Shown: piece after piece, positions 31,500 through 44,439 of the stretch
Position numbering within the stretch: the stretch's first letter is position 1
Layout: every line of letters begins with the position of its first letter
Assembly (NCBI GenBank): GCA_050298595.1
Contig: JBNKUM010000078.1
Coordinates: forward strand, 1-64,000
Source of the DNA: Gammaproteobacteria bacterium
GTDB taxonomy: Bacteria > Pseudomonadota > Gammaproteobacteria > GCA-001735895
Reading direction: 5' to 3'
DNA length: 64,000 nt
Translations under genes and position numbers: made by a program
Notes under the pieces: model-generated
Told to the model about the DNA's origin: nothing
Database searches by the model: none
What the model saw: only the letters and a program-made list of their open reading frames with translations

Positions 31500-31751
31500 C
31501 TATGCCTTTTTAATAATGCGTACAACGAATATTAATAAGACCGCGCCAACAGTTGCTGTAACAATTTGTCCAATTAATCCTCCTGCTGAGATACCCAGCA
31601 GACCAAATACAAAGCCGCCTAATACAGCGCCAATTACACCAACAAGCATGTTACCAACTAGGCCAAAACCACGACCTTTCATTAACGTTCCAGCCAGCCA
31701 TCCTGCGATGGCACCAATTGCTAAGAAAATGATTAATCCTGTAATGTTCAT
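31500..31751 (-). CDS. GlsB/YeaQ/YmgE family membrane protein
   Basis: GAIAGWLAG..M...GFG, GAVLGG, TATVGAVLL. Confidence 0.9.
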   Translation of the reverse strand: MNITGLIIFLAIGAIAGWLAGTLMKGRGFGLVGNMLVGVIGAVLGGFVFGLLGISAGGLIGQIVTATVGAVLLIFVVRIIKKA

Positions 31752-32219
31752 AATGTTACCTATGCTATTAAAATTATTAAATCTATTGAATCTATTGAAT
31801 TGCCAGTTTCTAATTTTATCATTATATGCTTTAACTCAGTCATACCATAATTCATGTTAACCGTATTCTGAACTTAAAACTCATAAATCATTTTTTGTTT
31901 CTATAACTGAGATTTGGCATTCTGCCTTATTGGGGAAGTTCAGTCTGATCCTAATTTGCTGTAATCCCTGACGCCTTTATATAACTGACTGTCTCTATAT
32001 TCCCTTTTTTAAAACCACAGCCGCTCAACTATCGTTTTATATAACTGATGGACATAAAGCTTATAAGTGAGGACAGTTAACTATCTGTTTGGCAAAAACT
32101 CTTGATCTCACTACCAACGAAGAAAAGAAATATCTGGAGTTAACAGGAAATACTGTTATTAACACGTCGAAGCTTGTAATATCGATATTGGAATCTTATA
32201 GTCCTAAACTTTTTATCTC

Positions 32220-34574
32220 GTGTTTTATAGAAGGGGCAGAGTGATGTTGTTACGAAGTAAACTCTTAATCTCCATTGTTATGGTGGCCATTGCTACACTT
32301 TTTTTTGCGGTGTTAACGGTGGGATTGCGCACCAATGGTGAAGTGCGTAATTTGGTGTCGACTTCCGTCACCAACCGATTGGTGGCGCTGCGTGAGGTGC
32401 AAAAAGAGCGGGTAGAAAACTATTTCACCAATACCTTTAAGGTTGTTACTTACACGGCAGAAAACCCGGCAACGGCAACAGCGATGGATGGTTTTGCTGG
32501 AAGCTTTTCACTAACACCAGAGGTCGATGACATTTTTAAACAGGATTTGTCTAAGTTTTACTCAGGTTCCTTTTACGAATTTTACCAAAAAGAAGATGCG
32601 GCTTTTAGCGCCGATCAGGCAACTGATATTGCCAGTAAACTCGACCCAGGCGCGTTGTTTTACCAAACCCGTTACATCGCACGTAATAAAAGCCCCATCG
32701 GCCAGAAAAGCGACCTGGTGCAGGCACCTAAGGAAGGTAAGTTCACGGCACGTTATGAGGTGTACCATGCTGAGTTTCATCCCATTTTTAAACAGGTTCG
32801 AGACAAATTTGAATTTGTCGATCTGTACTTGATTGATGAACAGGGCCGTATTGTCTACTCTGTTGAAAAGAACATTGATTATGCAACCTCTCTGGTCGAT
32901 GGGCCGTTTGCCAGCTCAGACCTGGGCGCTATATGGCAGAAAGCCAGGTCGTTAAAGCTGGGTGAAACGGTGCTATCCGATTACTCGGCCCATATTCCCG
33001 CGTTTTCTCGTTCGGTGGCGTTTGTTGCCACACCGATTATGGCTTCAGAAAAGCGCCTCGGTACCCTGGTTGTGCAGCTGGATAACAACCGTTTAACCCA
33101 GGTAATGACCAGTAGCAATAGTTGGCAAACCTTAGGCCTGGGTAACACCGGTGAAGCCTATTTAGTCGGTGCTGACAATTTTTTGCGCTCGCAATCACGC
33201 GGCTTATTACAGGATTCAAAACAGTTATTTGAGTCGCTGTCGGCGTTGGGTAATCAACCCCGATTACAGGCTATGACCGACCGATTAGACAATGTCGGCC
33301 TGCTACAGGTCAATAGCCCGTTGGTGGACAGGGCTTTATCCGGTGCTTCCGGTGAGGCGGTAAGTGAAAACTATTTAGGGCACTCGGTATTAAGTGCAGC
33401 AGGCCCAGTTAAGGTGAAAGATAACAGCTGGGCGATAGTGGTCGAAATGGCCGAAACCGAAGTGTTTGAAGAGGTTGATTTTATTCTGCGCCAGGCGTTG
33501 GTGTACGCGATTATTGTTCTGGTGATCTCAATCGTGCTGTCTTATGGTTTGGGTGTATTAGTGTCTCGGATGATAATTAATCCGATCAAAACCCTGGTGG
33601 CATCGTTTCAGAATATTGCCGAAGGCGATGGCGATTTAAGTGTTCATTTAGAAAGCGCTGCGCGCAAAGATGAAATCGGCGAACTGTCGGTGTCCTTTAA
33701 CACCTTTGTTGAAAATATTCATGATGTGGTACATAAAGTTGTTGCAACGGCGTTTGCGTTAAAGTTGGTATCCGGCAAGCTGGCTGATTTTTCAACGGAG
33801 AACAATGAGAGCGTGAATCGACAACGCGATATTACTCATAGTATTGTTCAGACCATTAATGACTTTACGCTGTCGAATGCTGACATTGTTGAAAACAGTG
33901 CCAAAGCGCAACAGGCCATGGCGCGCGTATCGGAAGCAACCGCAAACGGACGCAATATCTCAATACGCTGTGAACAGGAGATGGTCAGTCTGGGTGAACA
34001 ATCCAGTATAACTGTGGAATCCATCCATTTGCTTTCAAATGAAATTGAAAGCATTTCTCAGATTTTGTTAACCATTAATGGCATTGCTGAGCAAACCAGT
34101 CTGCTTGCGTTAAATGCAGCCATTGAAGCTGCGCGAGCCGGAGAGCAGGGGCGTGGTTTTGCCGTGGTTGCCGATGAAGTTCGCAGCTTATCATCACGTA
34201 CGCAACAGGCGACGATTGATATTCAGAAAAAAATTGACGGCCTGGAGAAGGCTGCAGAATCAGCAGTGCAACAGGTTAAAAAGTCTAATAGTAGTGCAAA
34301 CCTTAGTATAGATCTGGTGAAAGAGACTGCTGTAGAGCTGGAAAAAGTTCAACAGATTGTCGAGGATATTAAGTCGCTAAGTGATACGATTGACACACTC
34401 GCTGGTCAGCAAAAAATGGCAGTAGATGGGATCGAAACCAGTGTGAACACTATTCAGGATATGAGCACAACGGCACTCAATAAAACTCAGGAAGTGTCTA
34501 ATACCACCGATGAGCTGTTAGACACTTCAAATAAACTAGCCGCGCTGGTGAGTCGTTTTAAAACGCGTGGTTAA
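32220..34574 (+). CDS. Methyl-accepting chemotaxis protein with Cache-type periplasmic domain
   Basis: 2 [40 protein letters not shown]. Confidence 0.95.
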   Translation: MFYRRGRVMLLRSKLLISIVMVAIATLFFAVLTVGLRTNGEVRNLVSTSVTNRLVALREVQKERVENYFTNTFKVVTYTAENPATATAMDGFAGSFSLTPEVDDIFKQDLSKFYSGSFYEFYQKEDAAFSADQATDIASKLDPGALFYQTRYIARNKSPIGQKSDLVQAPKEGKFTARYEVYHAEFHPIFKQVRDKFEFVDLYLIDEQGRIVYSVEKNIDYATSLVDGPFASSDLGAIWQKARSLKLGETVLSDYSAHIPAFSRSVAFVATPIMASEKRLGTLVVQLDNNRLTQVMTSSNSWQTLGLGNTGEAYLVGADNFLRSQSRGLLQDSKQLFESLSALGNQPRLQAMTDRLDNVGLLQVNSPLVDRALSGASGEAVSENYLGHSVLSAAGPVKVKDNSWAIVVEMAETEVFEEVDFILRQALVYAIIVLVISIVLSYGLGVLVSRMIINPIKTLVASFQNIAEGDGDLSVHLESAARKDEIGELSVSFNTFVENIHDVVHKVVATAFALKLVSGKLADFSTENNESVNRQRDITHSIVQTINDFTLSNADIVENSAKAQQAMARVSEATANGRNISIRCEQEMVSLGEQSSITVESIHLLSNEIESISQILLTINGIAEQTSLLALNAAIEAARAGEQGRGFAVVADEVRSLSSRTQQATIDIQKKIDGLEKAAESAVQQVKKSNSSANLSIDLVKETAVELEKVQQIVEDIKSLSDTIDTLAGQQKMAVDGIETSVNTIQDMSTTALNKTQEVSNTTDELLDTSNKLAALVSRFKTRG

Positions 34575-34633
34575 CAGCTGTTCAAAAACCCGTCTGGCAG
34601 TATAGGCCAGATCGGTGAAATTTACTTTGAGGA

Positions 34634-35305
34634 TTATTGAAACCCGCAGCGATACTTTTCGTTTGCAGGTTTTGAGTGTGCTGATAAATAATCCATGATA
34701 CTGCTAGCAGTTAACTTAAAGGTTGGTGATATATCCATGCCGGCACTTTTAAGCCCTTTAGCCGTCCACTTGTTGCAGGTGTTCATTAAGTAATAATCTC
34801 CTACGCCTTTATAAAACTGGCTGTCACCATAAATACCATTTTTTAAAGGCACAACAGCTCCACTATCGTCTTTATGAAAGCTGTTGGAGATAAAACTTAT
34901 AAGTGAGGACAGTTCACTATCGCTTAGGCACAAGCTCTCGATCTTACTATGAGGAAAGTAGTCTTCGATGTGTATGGGTACTGCTACCGAGTGTATCACA
35001 GACTCTGTGGGCCAGAATATTGCCTGTATAGTTAATCCAGATGTAATTTCCTTTGCCTGGTAAAATCCTTTGTCTCCCCAGCCTATCTCTAAATAAGGGA
35101 TATCTTTAAAGCGTACTGCAAGTTCAGGAATAGACTGCTGAATGGCTGACATGGGTATCACAAAACCTGTGTGCCATCCATGGCTTACAACGTAAACTGT
35201 GTTTTCACCGGTCCCCAGAAACCTTTCAGGATGCTCCACCGCAAATGGCTGTGCTGAGCATCCGAACAGGAACAGTATTATTAATGATAAAAGCAGATTC
35301 TTCAT
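34634..35305 (-). CDS. DUF2459/TIGR02117-like lipoprotein
   Basis: Lipobox LFGC, VSHGWHTG, IGWGDKGFY, NTCNKWTA. Confidence 0.8.
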   Translation of the reverse strand: MKNLLLSLIILFLFGCSAQPFAVEHPERFLGTGENTVYVVSHGWHTGFVIPMSAIQQSIPELAVRFKDIPYLEIGWGDKGFYQAKEITSGLTIQAIFWPTESVIHSVAVPIHIEDYFPHSKIESLCLSDSELSSLISFISNSFHKDDSGAVVPLKNGIYGDSQFYKGVGDYYLMNTCNKWTAKGLKSAGMDISPTFKLTASSIMDYLSAHSKPANEKYRCGFQ

Positions 35306-35405
35306 GTCTTGAGCTTCTGTTCATATTTAATCAATTGTAAGCACTTTCGTCATTGATAACGAAGTAAGAAAAGCCAAGCCTGCGAACTAACAATCTATTC
35401 AGCTG

Positions 35406-35437
35406 AAAAAAGCCCGGCTATTTCGAGCCAGGCTTTT
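35406..35437 (-). terminator. Intrinsic terminator of oadGAB
   Basis: AAAAAAGCCCGGCT-ATTTCG-AGCCAGGCTTTT. Confidence 0.7.
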
Positions 35438-35466
35438 GAATATTTAAAGAAAGAAGGTCTCTTTGT

Positions 35467-36612
35467 TTACCCCCCAGGAGTCCCCACTATAGCCAGCAAC
35501 ACACCCGCCGCAACAGCAGATCCAATTACCCCTGCCACATTCGGCCCCATTGCATGCATCAACAGAAAGTTCTGCGGGTTCGCTTCCATACCCACCTTAT
35601 TGGCTACACGGGCAGCCATTGGTACAGCTGATACTCCTGCAGCACCTATCAGTGGATTCACTTCTCCTCCGGTCAGGCGATGCATCAACTTACCCATTAA
35701 TAAGCCCGCGGCTGTACCGATAGAGAAAGCGATGATCCCCAGAAACAGTATGCCCAGGGTCTCTGGCGAGAGGAATTTAGCTGCCGATAGTTTTGAGCCT
35801 ACCGATAATCCGAGGAAAATAGTGGTGATGTTTATCAACTCATTTTGCGCGGTATTACTCAGGCGTTCTACTACACCTGATTCTTTTAACAGGTTACCAA
35901 AACATAGCATACCGACCAGCGGTGTTGCTGAGGGTAATAACAGAATGGTGATGAATAATAATATCAACGGGAACAGAATCTTTTCGACTTTGGAGACATG
36001 ACGCAGCTGTTTCATCTGTGTCTTACGCTCTTCTTCCGTGGTGAGCAATTTCATGATGGGCGGCTGAATCAGCGGCACCAGTGCCATATAGGAATAAGCA
36101 GCTACCGCGATGGCGCCCAGTAAATCAGGTGCCAGCTTGGAGGCGAGGAATATCGCGGTTGGTCCATCCGCACCACCGATTATCGCTATTGCAGACGCAT
36201 CCGCCATGCTAAATTCGATACCGGGTATCATATTCATTGCAATAGCACCGAACAGGGTAAAGAAGATACCAAACTGTGCAGCAGCCCCGAGGAACATCAG
36301 GCTGGGTCTCGCCAGCAGGGGTCCAAAGTCTGTCATAGCGCCGACACCCATGAAGATGAGTAGCGGGAACATGCCGGTTTCTATACCCATGTGATACAGA
36401 ATACCCAACAAGCCATCGGGGCCGCTGATTTCTGCCACCGGGATATTCGCCAGTATGCCACCAAAACCAATAGGCAATAGTAGTAAGGGTTCAAATCCCT
36501 TTTTGATTGCCAGGTAAATCAACAGGCAACCAACCATGATCATAATGACCTGGCCAATGGTGAAATTATAAAGCCCGGTTGATTCCCACAGTTGTATTAA
36601 TCCGCTTGTCAT
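35467..36612 (-). CDS. oadB: Na+-translocating oxaloacetate decarboxylase beta subunit
   Basis: [44 protein letters not shown]. Confidence 0.95.
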   Translation of the reverse strand: MTSGLIQLWESTGLYNFTIGQVIMIMVGCLLIYLAIKKGFEPLLLLPIGFGGILANIPVAEISGPDGLLGILYHMGIETGMFPLLIFMGVGAMTDFGPLLARPSLMFLGAAAQFGIFFTLFGAIAMNMIPGIEFSMADASAIAIIGGADGPTAIFLASKLAPDLLGAIAVAAYSYMALVPLIQPPIMKLLTTEEERKTQMKQLRHVSKVEKILFPLILLFITILLLPSATPLVGMLCFGNLLKESGVVERLSNTAQNELINITTIFLGLSVGSKLSAAKFLSPETLGILFLGIIAFSIGTAAGLLMGKLMHRLTGGEVNPLIGAAGVSAVPMAARVANKVGMEANPQNFLLMHAMGPNVAGVIGSAVAAGVLLAIVGTPGG

Positions 36613-36622
36613 AATCCGCGCC

Positions 36623-38404
36623 CTAGCCCAGTGTAATCAAAGGCTGGTTAACCGCTATCGCGTCGCCTTTGTTTACATTCACCGACAGTACCTTACCGTC
36701 AGCTTTGGCGCGTATCTCGGTTTCCATCTTCATCGCTTCAATAATGATTACTGGCTGGTTTGCCGTTACTGTGTCGCCCACATTAACTAGAATATCAATC
36801 ACGCTTCCAGCCATTGGGGCTACCACTTCTTCTGATGCACCTGATGCTGCAGCGGGTGTAGAGGCCTGGGTAGTGGCAGCTGGCTGTACGCCGGTTACGG
36901 CACCACCGGCGGAAACCACTACGTCATAGCTGGTTCCGTTTACGCTAACCTGATATTGCTCAGGACCACCAGCAGGTGCTGCTGCGGCAACAGCTGGGGC
37001 AGGGGCAGGTTCATTACCTGGAACGGGTTCAAAGGCATCCGGGTTGTTGCGATTCTTCAGGAAGTTGAGGCCAACCTGTGGAAACTGGGCGTAGATTAGT
37101 ACATCGTCGATTTCATGCTCACCAGCAACCAGATTTTCTTCGCTGGCCAGCTTACGGAATTCTTCGGTTAGCTTATCCATCTCGGCTTCGATCAGGTCGG
37201 CAGGTCGGCAGGTAATCACTTCACCGCCATCTTCAAGTACTCGCTTTTGCAGTGCCTCATCAACAGGGGCTGCCGTAGCGCCGTAATCACCGCGTAATAC
37301 ACCAGCGGTTTCCTTGGTGATTGATTTATAACGTTCACCCGACAGTACATTGATAACAGACTGGGTGCCAACGATTTGAGAGGTAGGGGTTACCAGCGGA
37401 ATGTAACCCAGATCTTTACGGACCCGGGGGATTTCATTCAGTACTTCGTCCAGACGGTCGGTAGCGCCCTGATCACGTAACTGGCTTTCCAGATTGGTGA
37501 GCATGCCACCTGGAACCTGAGCGACCAGGATGCGTGAGTCGGTACCCTTGAGAGCACCTTCGAATTTGGCATATTTTTTACGAACTTCGCGGAAGTAAGC
37601 GGCAATCTCTTCCAGTTTTTCTACATCCAGACCACTGTCGTATTCAGTGCCTTCAAAGATGGCGACCATAGATTCGGTGGGTGAATGTCCATAGGTCATA
37701 CTCATGCTGGATATAGTGGTATCGATAACGTCACAACCGGCTTCAACCGCTTTAAACAGGGTGGCAATGGATAAGCCAGTGGTCGCGTGACAATGCACAG
37801 CAATGGGTAGATCGACGACTTTCTTGATTTCGGTGATCAGCTCTTCAGCGGTATAGGGCTTGAGCAGGCCGGCCATATCCTTGATGCAGAGAGAGTTACA
37901 GCCCATATCTTCAATCTGTTTGGCCATTTCAACCCATTTTTCCAGTGTATGTACCGGGCTTAAGGTGTAAGAAATGGTGCCCTGCGCATGCTTGCCTACA
38001 TCTAGTGTGGCTTTTACTGCAGTCTTCAGGTTACGCATATCGTTCATGGCGTCGAAGATACGGAAGACATCCATACCATTTGCAGCGCAACGCTCGACGA
38101 ATTTTTCGATCACGTCATCCGCATAATGACGGTAACCCAGGCCGTTTTGACCGCGCAGCAACATTTGCTGAGGGGTATTTGGCATGGCAGCCTTTAACAG
38201 ACGCAGACGTTCCCAGGGATCTTCTCCCAGAAAGCGGATACAGGCATCAAAGGTAGCGCCGCCCCAGGTTTCAAGGGACCAGAAACCAATTTTATCGAGT
38301 TGCTCGGCAATAGGTAACATATCTTCAATACGCATACGGGTAGCGAATAGAGATTGATGACCATCTCGTAAAACGTTATCGGTAATTTTTATTGATTTGC
38401 TCAT
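36623..38404 (-). CDS. oadA: Oxaloacetate decarboxylase alpha subunit
   Basis: [21 protein letters not shown], biotin site EAMKM. Confidence 0.95.
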   Translation of the reverse strand: MSKSIKITDNVLRDGHQSLFATRMRIEDMLPIAEQLDKIGFWSLETWGGATFDACIRFLGEDPWERLRLLKAAMPNTPQQMLLRGQNGLGYRHYADDVIEKFVERCAANGMDVFRIFDAMNDMRNLKTAVKATLDVGKHAQGTISYTLSPVHTLEKWVEMAKQIEDMGCNSLCIKDMAGLLKPYTAEELITEIKKVVDLPIAVHCHATTGLSIATLFKAVEAGCDVIDTTISSMSMTYGHSPTESMVAIFEGTEYDSGLDVEKLEEIAAYFREVRKKYAKFEGALKGTDSRILVAQVPGGMLTNLESQLRDQGATDRLDEVLNEIPRVRKDLGYIPLVTPTSQIVGTQSVINVLSGERYKSITKETAGVLRGDYGATAAPVDEALQKRVLEDGGEVITCRPADLIEAEMDKLTEEFRKLASEENLVAGEHEIDDVLIYAQFPQVGLNFLKNRNNPDAFEPVPGNEPAPAPAVAAAAPAGGPEQYQVSVNGTSYDVVVSAGGAVTGVQPAATTQASTPAAASGASEEVVAPMAGSVIDILVNVGDTVTANQPVIIIEAMKMETEIRAKADGKVLSVNVNKGDAIAVNQPLITLG

Positions 38405-38440
38405 GATGTTGTTCCGCTGAAATTGCTGTTTATCGGGCTG

Positions 38441-38698
38441 TTAATCGGAGGGATTACGTTTTTTGAAAGCCTTTATTGCTGTGCTGATGACGGCAATTAG
38501 CTCTTTATTATCGGTTTGATTATGGGAATTGCTTGCTGGTGCTGGTTTTGCGAAATGCTGTTCAACCACCTCTTCCGGCAGTAGTTTACTGACCGTACTA
38601 ATAAGAAAGATGAGTATACCCAGAATAATAAATACCGAGCCCATACCGATGAGTAGCAACTGGATACTCTCGATCATCAGTGTTTGTATGTTATCCAT
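38441..38698 (-). CDS. oadG: Oxaloacetate decarboxylase gamma subunit
   Basis: GMGSVF TM segment, LIAVISTAI; upstream of oadA. Confidence 0.88.
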   Translation of the reverse strand: MDNIQTLMIESIQLLLIGMGSVFIILGILIFLISTVSKLLPEEVVEQHFAKPAPASNSHNQTDNKELIAVISTAIKAFKKRNPSD

Positions 38699-39073
38699 AA
38701 TTAAATAACCCCGGGTAGATTGTTAGATTTTAGTCCGCCGGTAAGCCTAAATAATCCTATGCTGCGGCGCAACACGAAATCGGCGCTTACTATATCATTT
38801 TTTCAATACCTAGAGTTAATAGCGCCCAGTAGTGATTGAAAAGACAAGCACTAGACACGCTAAAAGGCTTATAAAGCAAAATAATAATGGTAATATTGAA
38901 TATTGAAATAACAAATCATTGTAACTGCACTTTTGGTATGGGCTGCTGAGTATGCTCAGTTAATATGTTTGCCCAAATAACAAAGTCACCTTTAAGTAGG
39001 TGCTTCCACATAAAGATTAAGATGTAGAAAACTTATCGATTTAATAATGAATCATTCTTAGGAGAGGAACATC

Positions 39074-41020
39074 ATGTCAGAAGATCAAATCTACCCAGTC
39101 CCTACGGAGTTTGCTGCACAGGCGAATGTGAGTCAGCAACAGTATGAAACGATGTATCGTCAATCAATGGATGATCCAGATACTTTCTGGGCAGAGCAGG
39201 CGGATAAATACCTTAGCTGGTCAAAAAAATGGGACAAGGTTCAGGAGTGGAGTTTCGATAGAGCAGATTTGGGGATTAAATGGTTTCTCGGCGGTAAATT
39301 AAATGTTTCCTACAACTGCCTTGATCGTCATCTGGAAACCCGTGGTGATCAGGTTGCCATTATCTGGGAAGGCGATGACCCAGGTGAGGACAGGAAAATA
39401 ACCTATCGTGAATTACATACCGATGTGTGTAAGTTCGCCAATGTATTAAAGTCACGCGGCGTGCAAAAAGGAGACAGAGTTTCCATCTATATGCCAATGA
39501 TCCCCGAAGCTGCTGTTGCAATGCTGGCCTGTACCCGTATTGGCGCAATGCATTCAATTGTTTTTGGCGGATTCTCTCCTGATGCACTGAAAGACAGAAT
39601 TCTGGATTCTGACTGTAAAGTGGTCATTACTTCAGATCAATCTATGCGCGGTGGTAAACGCGTCCCCTTAAAAGAGAATGCCGATGAGGCAATTGCAAAT
39701 TGTCCTAACGTAAATACCTGTCTGGTGGTCAAGCGTGGTGGCGATCCTGTTGAGTGGAATGACAAGGTAGATGTCTGGTATCACGAAGCGATGGCCGATG
39801 CTTCAGCAGTGTGTGAACCAGAAGAAATGGATGCGGATGATCCTTTATTCATTCTGTATACCTCGGGTTCGACCGGCAAGCCAAAGGGTGTGTTACATAC
39901 TACCGGTGGTTATCTGCTGCAGTGTGCAATGACACATAAACTGGTGTTCGATTACAAAGACGGTGAGGTTTACTGGTGTACTGCAGATATCGGCTGGGTA
40001 ACCGGCCACAGCTATATCGTGTATGGGCCTTTAGCCAATGGCGCAACAACGCTGATGTTTGAAGGTGTTCCAACCTATCCCGATATCTCACGTTTCTGGC
40101 AGATTTGTGATAAGCATAACGTGGCTACTTTCTACACCGCACCAACAGCGATTCGTTCATTGATGGGTGCTGGTGACGAGCCGGTCAAAAAGACCAGACG
40201 TAGTGCCTTACGCCTGCTCGGTACGGTGGGTGAACCCATCAATCCCGAAGCCTGGGATTGGTACTATCGCGTGGTAGGCGACAGCCGTTGCCCTATCGTC
40301 GACACCTGGTGGCAAACCGAAACTGGTGCACATATGCTAACGCCTTTACCAGGTTCGACCCCGCTTAAGCCTGGCTCGGCTACCTTCCCATTCTTTGGTG
40401 TTGAGCCAGTATTACTGGATGACGAAGGCTATGAGATTAATGGCAACCCAGCACAGGGTAACCTGGCCATTAAACGTCCCTGGCCTTCCATGATGCGTTC
40501 AGTGTATGGCGATCATGACCGTTTTTATCAAACCTATTTCGCCATGTTCAAGGGCTATTATTTTACTGGTGACGGTGCTAAGCGTGATAAGGATGGTTAC
40601 TACTGGATAACGGGTCGTGTTGATGATGTATTGAATATCTCTGGTCATCGTCTGGGCACAGCAGAGATTGAATCCGCACTGGTATTACACGAAAAGATAG
40701 CTGAGGCAGCGGTAGTCGGTTATCCGCATGAATTAACCGGACAGGGTATCTATGCCTATGTCACGCCGATGTCAGATGTAGAGCCTACGGATGAATTAAA
40801 AGCAGAACTGGTCGCATTGGTACGTAAAGAGATTGGACCTATTGCTAAAGTAAATATCATTCAATGGTCACCTGGCTTACCGAAAACACGTTCTGGTAAG
40901 ATTATGCGTCGAATTTTGCGTAAGATAGCCGCGAATGAAGTTGATGCTCTAGGTGATACCTCTACTCTGGCTGATCCGACCGTAGTGGAACATCTGATCG
41001 ATAATAGAGAAAACCGTTAG
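39074..41020 (+). CDS. acs: Acetyl-CoA synthetase
   Basis: [32 protein letters not shown]. Confidence 0.97.
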   Translation: MSEDQIYPVPTEFAAQANVSQQQYETMYRQSMDDPDTFWAEQADKYLSWSKKWDKVQEWSFDRADLGIKWFLGGKLNVSYNCLDRHLETRGDQVAIIWEGDDPGEDRKITYRELHTDVCKFANVLKSRGVQKGDRVSIYMPMIPEAAVAMLACTRIGAMHSIVFGGFSPDALKDRILDSDCKVVITSDQSMRGGKRVPLKENADEAIANCPNVNTCLVVKRGGDPVEWNDKVDVWYHEAMADASAVCEPEEMDADDPLFILYTSGSTGKPKGVLHTTGGYLLQCAMTHKLVFDYKDGEVYWCTADIGWVTGHSYIVYGPLANGATTLMFEGVPTYPDISRFWQICDKHNVATFYTAPTAIRSLMGAGDEPVKKTRRSALRLLGTVGEPINPEAWDWYYRVVGDSRCPIVDTWWQTETGAHMLTPLPGSTPLKPGSATFPFFGVEPVLLDDEGYEINGNPAQGNLAIKRPWPSMMRSVYGDHDRFYQTYFAMFKGYYFTGDGAKRDKDGYYWITGRVDDVLNISGHRLGTAEIESALVLHEKIAEAAVVGYPHELTGQGIYAYVTPMSDVEPTDELKAELVALVRKEIGPIAKVNIIQWSPGLPKTRSGKIMRRILRKIAANEVDALGDTSTLADPTVVEHLIDNRENR

Positions 41021-41094
41021 ACTACAAACAGTAGGTACAACCACTGCTACTCGGGCATCTCCTGAGTAGCAGGCCTTAAGGACAATGGATAATT

Positions 41095-41763
41095 ATGACT
41101 ACATTAGCTTTTGATGTTTACGGCACCCTGATCAATACCTACGGTATGGTCGATCTGTTACAGCGTTATATTGGTGAGCAAAAAGCGATGCCATTCGCAA
41201 CCATGTGGCGCGACAAACAGCTGGAATATTCATTTCGCCGTAGCATGATGAATTGCTACGAACCTTTCTATACCTGCACCTCTAACGCACTGGATTATTG
41301 CATTACTGCTTTTGATGTAGAAATCACCCCTGACCAGCACTTTAGTCTGATCAAAAAATATCAAAATTTACCCGTGTTTAAAGATGTGGTCGCCTGCCTT
41401 AACTCATTAAGCGAACGCTGCGATCTAAATCTATATGCATTTACCAATGGTCCGCTTGAGGATATCGAAAAACTGTTTGAAGATGATGGAATTAATCAAT
41501 ATTTCAAAGACATAGTCAGTACAGATGAGATACGTAAATACAAACCTGACCCTGAAGTTTATCAACATTTTCTAAAGCGCAGCGGCAGCAAAGCTGAGGA
41601 AGCATGGCTGATATCAGGCAATGCATTTGATGTTATGGGTGCAGGTAATGCCGGTCTGAATAGCGTATGGGTTAAGCGTACTGCGCAACAGATAATGGAT
41701 AGCTGGGGTACTCGTCCGACACAGGTTATTCATTCTTTATCAGAGCTTGAAGCTCTGTTTTAA
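41095..41763 (+). CDS. Haloacid dehalogenase type II
   Basis: FDVYGTL, WRDKQLEY, YKPDP, SGNAFDV. Confidence 0.88.
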   Translation: MTTLAFDVYGTLINTYGMVDLLQRYIGEQKAMPFATMWRDKQLEYSFRRSMMNCYEPFYTCTSNALDYCITAFDVEITPDQHFSLIKKYQNLPVFKDVVACLNSLSERCDLNLYAFTNGPLEDIEKLFEDDGINQYFKDIVSTDEIRKYKPDPEVYQHFLKRSGSKAEEAWLISGNAFDVMGAGNAGLNSVWVKRTAQQIMDSWGTRPTQVIHSLSELEALF

Positions 41764-42150
41764 CTTTTACTATCACTCTCCACATATTTTGCCCCTTAGT
41801 TTTAACAAGACCTGAGCAGTATCGTAAGTTTTTAATACACCCCCATAAAATCAGATGGAGCTATTCGTAGGGACACAAATAAAATTAGATTTTGCCATAA
41901 AAGGGTAACTGTATTGATCGGAGTTTTCTGAAATACCCGGAGGCAGGTTTAGTGGTTGTAACCCTGCCTCTGGTTCACCGGTCCATAATCCACAGTTGCA
42001 GTGATTAATGAATTCAATTATTCAGGCTTTTACGCTATACATTAAAACCTAAAATACTGGATAAAACAGAACCGAGTAATTTCCCAGCTCTTTCATCAAA
42101 GAATATATCTACACCGCTTTCTTCTAACGCCAACGAGCCGACAAACAGGA

Positions 42151-42212
42151 AAACCTGAGTCAGAGAACAATATTCGCTATTATTAGAAAATATTACTCTC
42201 TGACCCGGGTTT
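42151..42212. repeat. REP-like ~60-bp palindrome (family A, copy 1)
   Basis: AAACCTGAGTCAGAGAACAATATT...AATATTACTCTCTGACCCGGGTTT; related copies at 50437, 52955, 54005. Confidence 0.75.
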
Positions 42213-42365
42213 ACAAATGACAACTCATGGCAGAAGCTCGTAAATATTTCTGATGGCGGAATGGGGAGTAAACCCACTAGGGTTCACTGATTTTGAGTAA
42301 TCAATGGAAGAGGAGGTGACTAATATCGTGATGGCATCGGATCTTACTAAACTCACATTTGACTC

Positions 42366-42842
42366 TTGACAATGAGCGATGATAAAAAACTACTGATAGT
42401 TGCGCACCAACCGTCTCCAAACACCCGCACACTGGTTCAGGCAACGCTGCGTGGTGCTCGTACGGAACAACAGAATGGTGTCGAAGTCCGTCACATACCA
42501 CCGCTCGATGCCAAAGCTGATGACGTGCTATGGGCCGACGCGATCATCCTCGGCACAACAGAAAACTTCGGTTACATGAGCGGCGCATTGAAGGACTTTT
42601 TCGACCGAATTTTTTATCCCTGTCTGGACCGAACCGAGGCCTTGCCTTATGCGTTATACATTCGCGCCGGTCTCGACGGCACCGGAACCAAACGGGCTGT
42701 TGAAAACATATGCAAAGGCCTCAGGTGGAAACCGGTTCAACCTGCAATGATTCTACACGGCGAATATCGTAGTGAGTTCGCCAACCAATGTCACGATTTG
42801 GGATTGCTAATGGCGGTAAGCCTGGGAGCAGGGATTATTTAG
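42366..42842 (+). CDS. Flavodoxin-family protein
   Basis: GTTENFGYMSGALKDFFDR, RAGLDGTG. Confidence 0.85.
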   Translation: MTMSDDKKLLIVAHQPSPNTRTLVQATLRGARTEQQNGVEVRHIPPLDAKADDVLWADAIILGTTENFGYMSGALKDFFDRIFYPCLDRTEALPYALYIRAGLDGTGTKRAVENICKGLRWKPVQPAMILHGEYRSEFANQCHDLGLLMAVSLGAGII

Positions 42843-42931
42843 CATTGCCTGGACAAAGCCGCTTATTACTGTACGAATTGTGGAAATGCTATTCGGGTCG
42901 GAGAGTTATCTGGGAACAAACCGATTTTCCT

Positions 42932-43706
42932 TTATTTTAAATTCTGGGCGATTTCTTTATAGCGTTCGATCAAGCCTTCTTGTTTCATGGCTTTCAAGAC
43001 TTCGGCGATTTTCGGAAGAAGCGCGGCGTACTTTTTGTTCAAGAATAAATAACTTGACCCCGTCCACATGATGCCAGCCTGATACACGGTGGAGTGGTTG
43101 AATTTATCTTTATCCAATTTCCCCAACGTCTCGTTGACAATATATTCCTGTTCTATAAAGATATCGGTGCGTCCCGCGATGAGTCTTTTCAATCCTTGCT
43201 CCACCGTCGTGATCCAGGATAGTTTTCCCGGTTTGACAACTGCCGGCAAGGCTATTTCGGAAAGTTTGGACCCGCGCCTGTATTCAACGGCATAGTTTGT
43301 ATCTTTCAGACTTTCCCAGCCATCCAGGACGATCCCTGGCTTAACGGCATATGCGGCCACGTTGCCTGAAAAACACGGTTCCTCGACTTTAAGGAGGTTT
43401 TTGGTAATCTTTTTGTAACTTGCAGCACGCTGAATTTCCCCGTCTACCTCTCCGGCTTCCGCCATCCAGGCCGCACGTTTATTAGAGTATCCTACATATT
43501 CTAATTCATAGCCGAGCCACCGAAAGACTTCTGTATAGATCAAATTGAGCCATCTTCCGGTAAATGATGCTTTGGTACCTTCTGAGCCGGCCAGCACGAT
43601 CTTTTCTGCGGCGACACTCGGATGGTAAGGCGACCACAACCAGAGCCAGAGCCAGAGCCACAATCATCCATAGGTTGACTATCTGTTGTCCTATTCTCTG
43701 TTTCAT
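42932..43706 (-). pseudogene. Family-3-like periplasmic substrate-binding protein with a frameshift after the signal peptide
   Basis: ATG 43706 (RBS AAGGCGG) encodes the signal peptide MKQRIGQQ..VALALALVVVALP; the mature part (AAEKIVLAG..GEVDGE..RTDIFI) is in another frame. Confidence 0.7.
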
Positions 43707-44439
43707 AATACCGCCTTAATATTAGCCGACCTATGCAAAGGAATTTTAGGAAAAATCAAGTGTATCTTTAAACAAACTTGCAAATCATATCTAAAAATCG
43801 AAGGCCCCGGTCTACTTTTTGAGATACGGATTCATATCGCCTGAACTCTCTATTTTTATCAGTCCGTCCTACAATAATCAGCAAGCCTCCTTTCAATCGA
43901 CTCTTTGCCTGTTTGACCATGTTTTCAAAGCTAAAGTTGTTGCTTGATTTTAATCTATGGGTGGTTTTATTTATTGTTTCTAGAAACGTTTAGTTCTTCT
44001 TTATAATCAATATTTTAAAAAATATCGGTATTATTCCTATTGCCTTTTCTTCGATTATATCACTTATCCATTTTGCTATTTAAATCGGTCGAATGTGCAA
44101 TTCCCAGAAGTCCGCCTTAAAATTAGTATTTTCACGGTTAAATTGACCCTTTAAGGGTTTAAACAAGCGTTTAAATAGACAATATATAAGTGGTTGCTCG
44201 ATTTCGCTATTTCAGCCCCACCGATCTCTATGCAGATTTACCAGTCGAACCAGATAGTAATGTCGCGCAGACTAACTTGATCAACGAAATAGCAGGGTAA
44301 GTTGAACAGTTAACTTATTCATTTCTTCCAGACATACAAGTTTTTCATGAAGGTAGATGGTTTAGTCTAATTTATCCAAAATATATCCGGGCTGACTTAG
44401 TACGTCATCCCGGATAATCATAGGTCGATTTTAGTGGAC

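Noticed and set aside
32090-32106. Sigma54 promoter before the MCP gene
   Set aside because: No GC at the required 10-nt distance from the GG.
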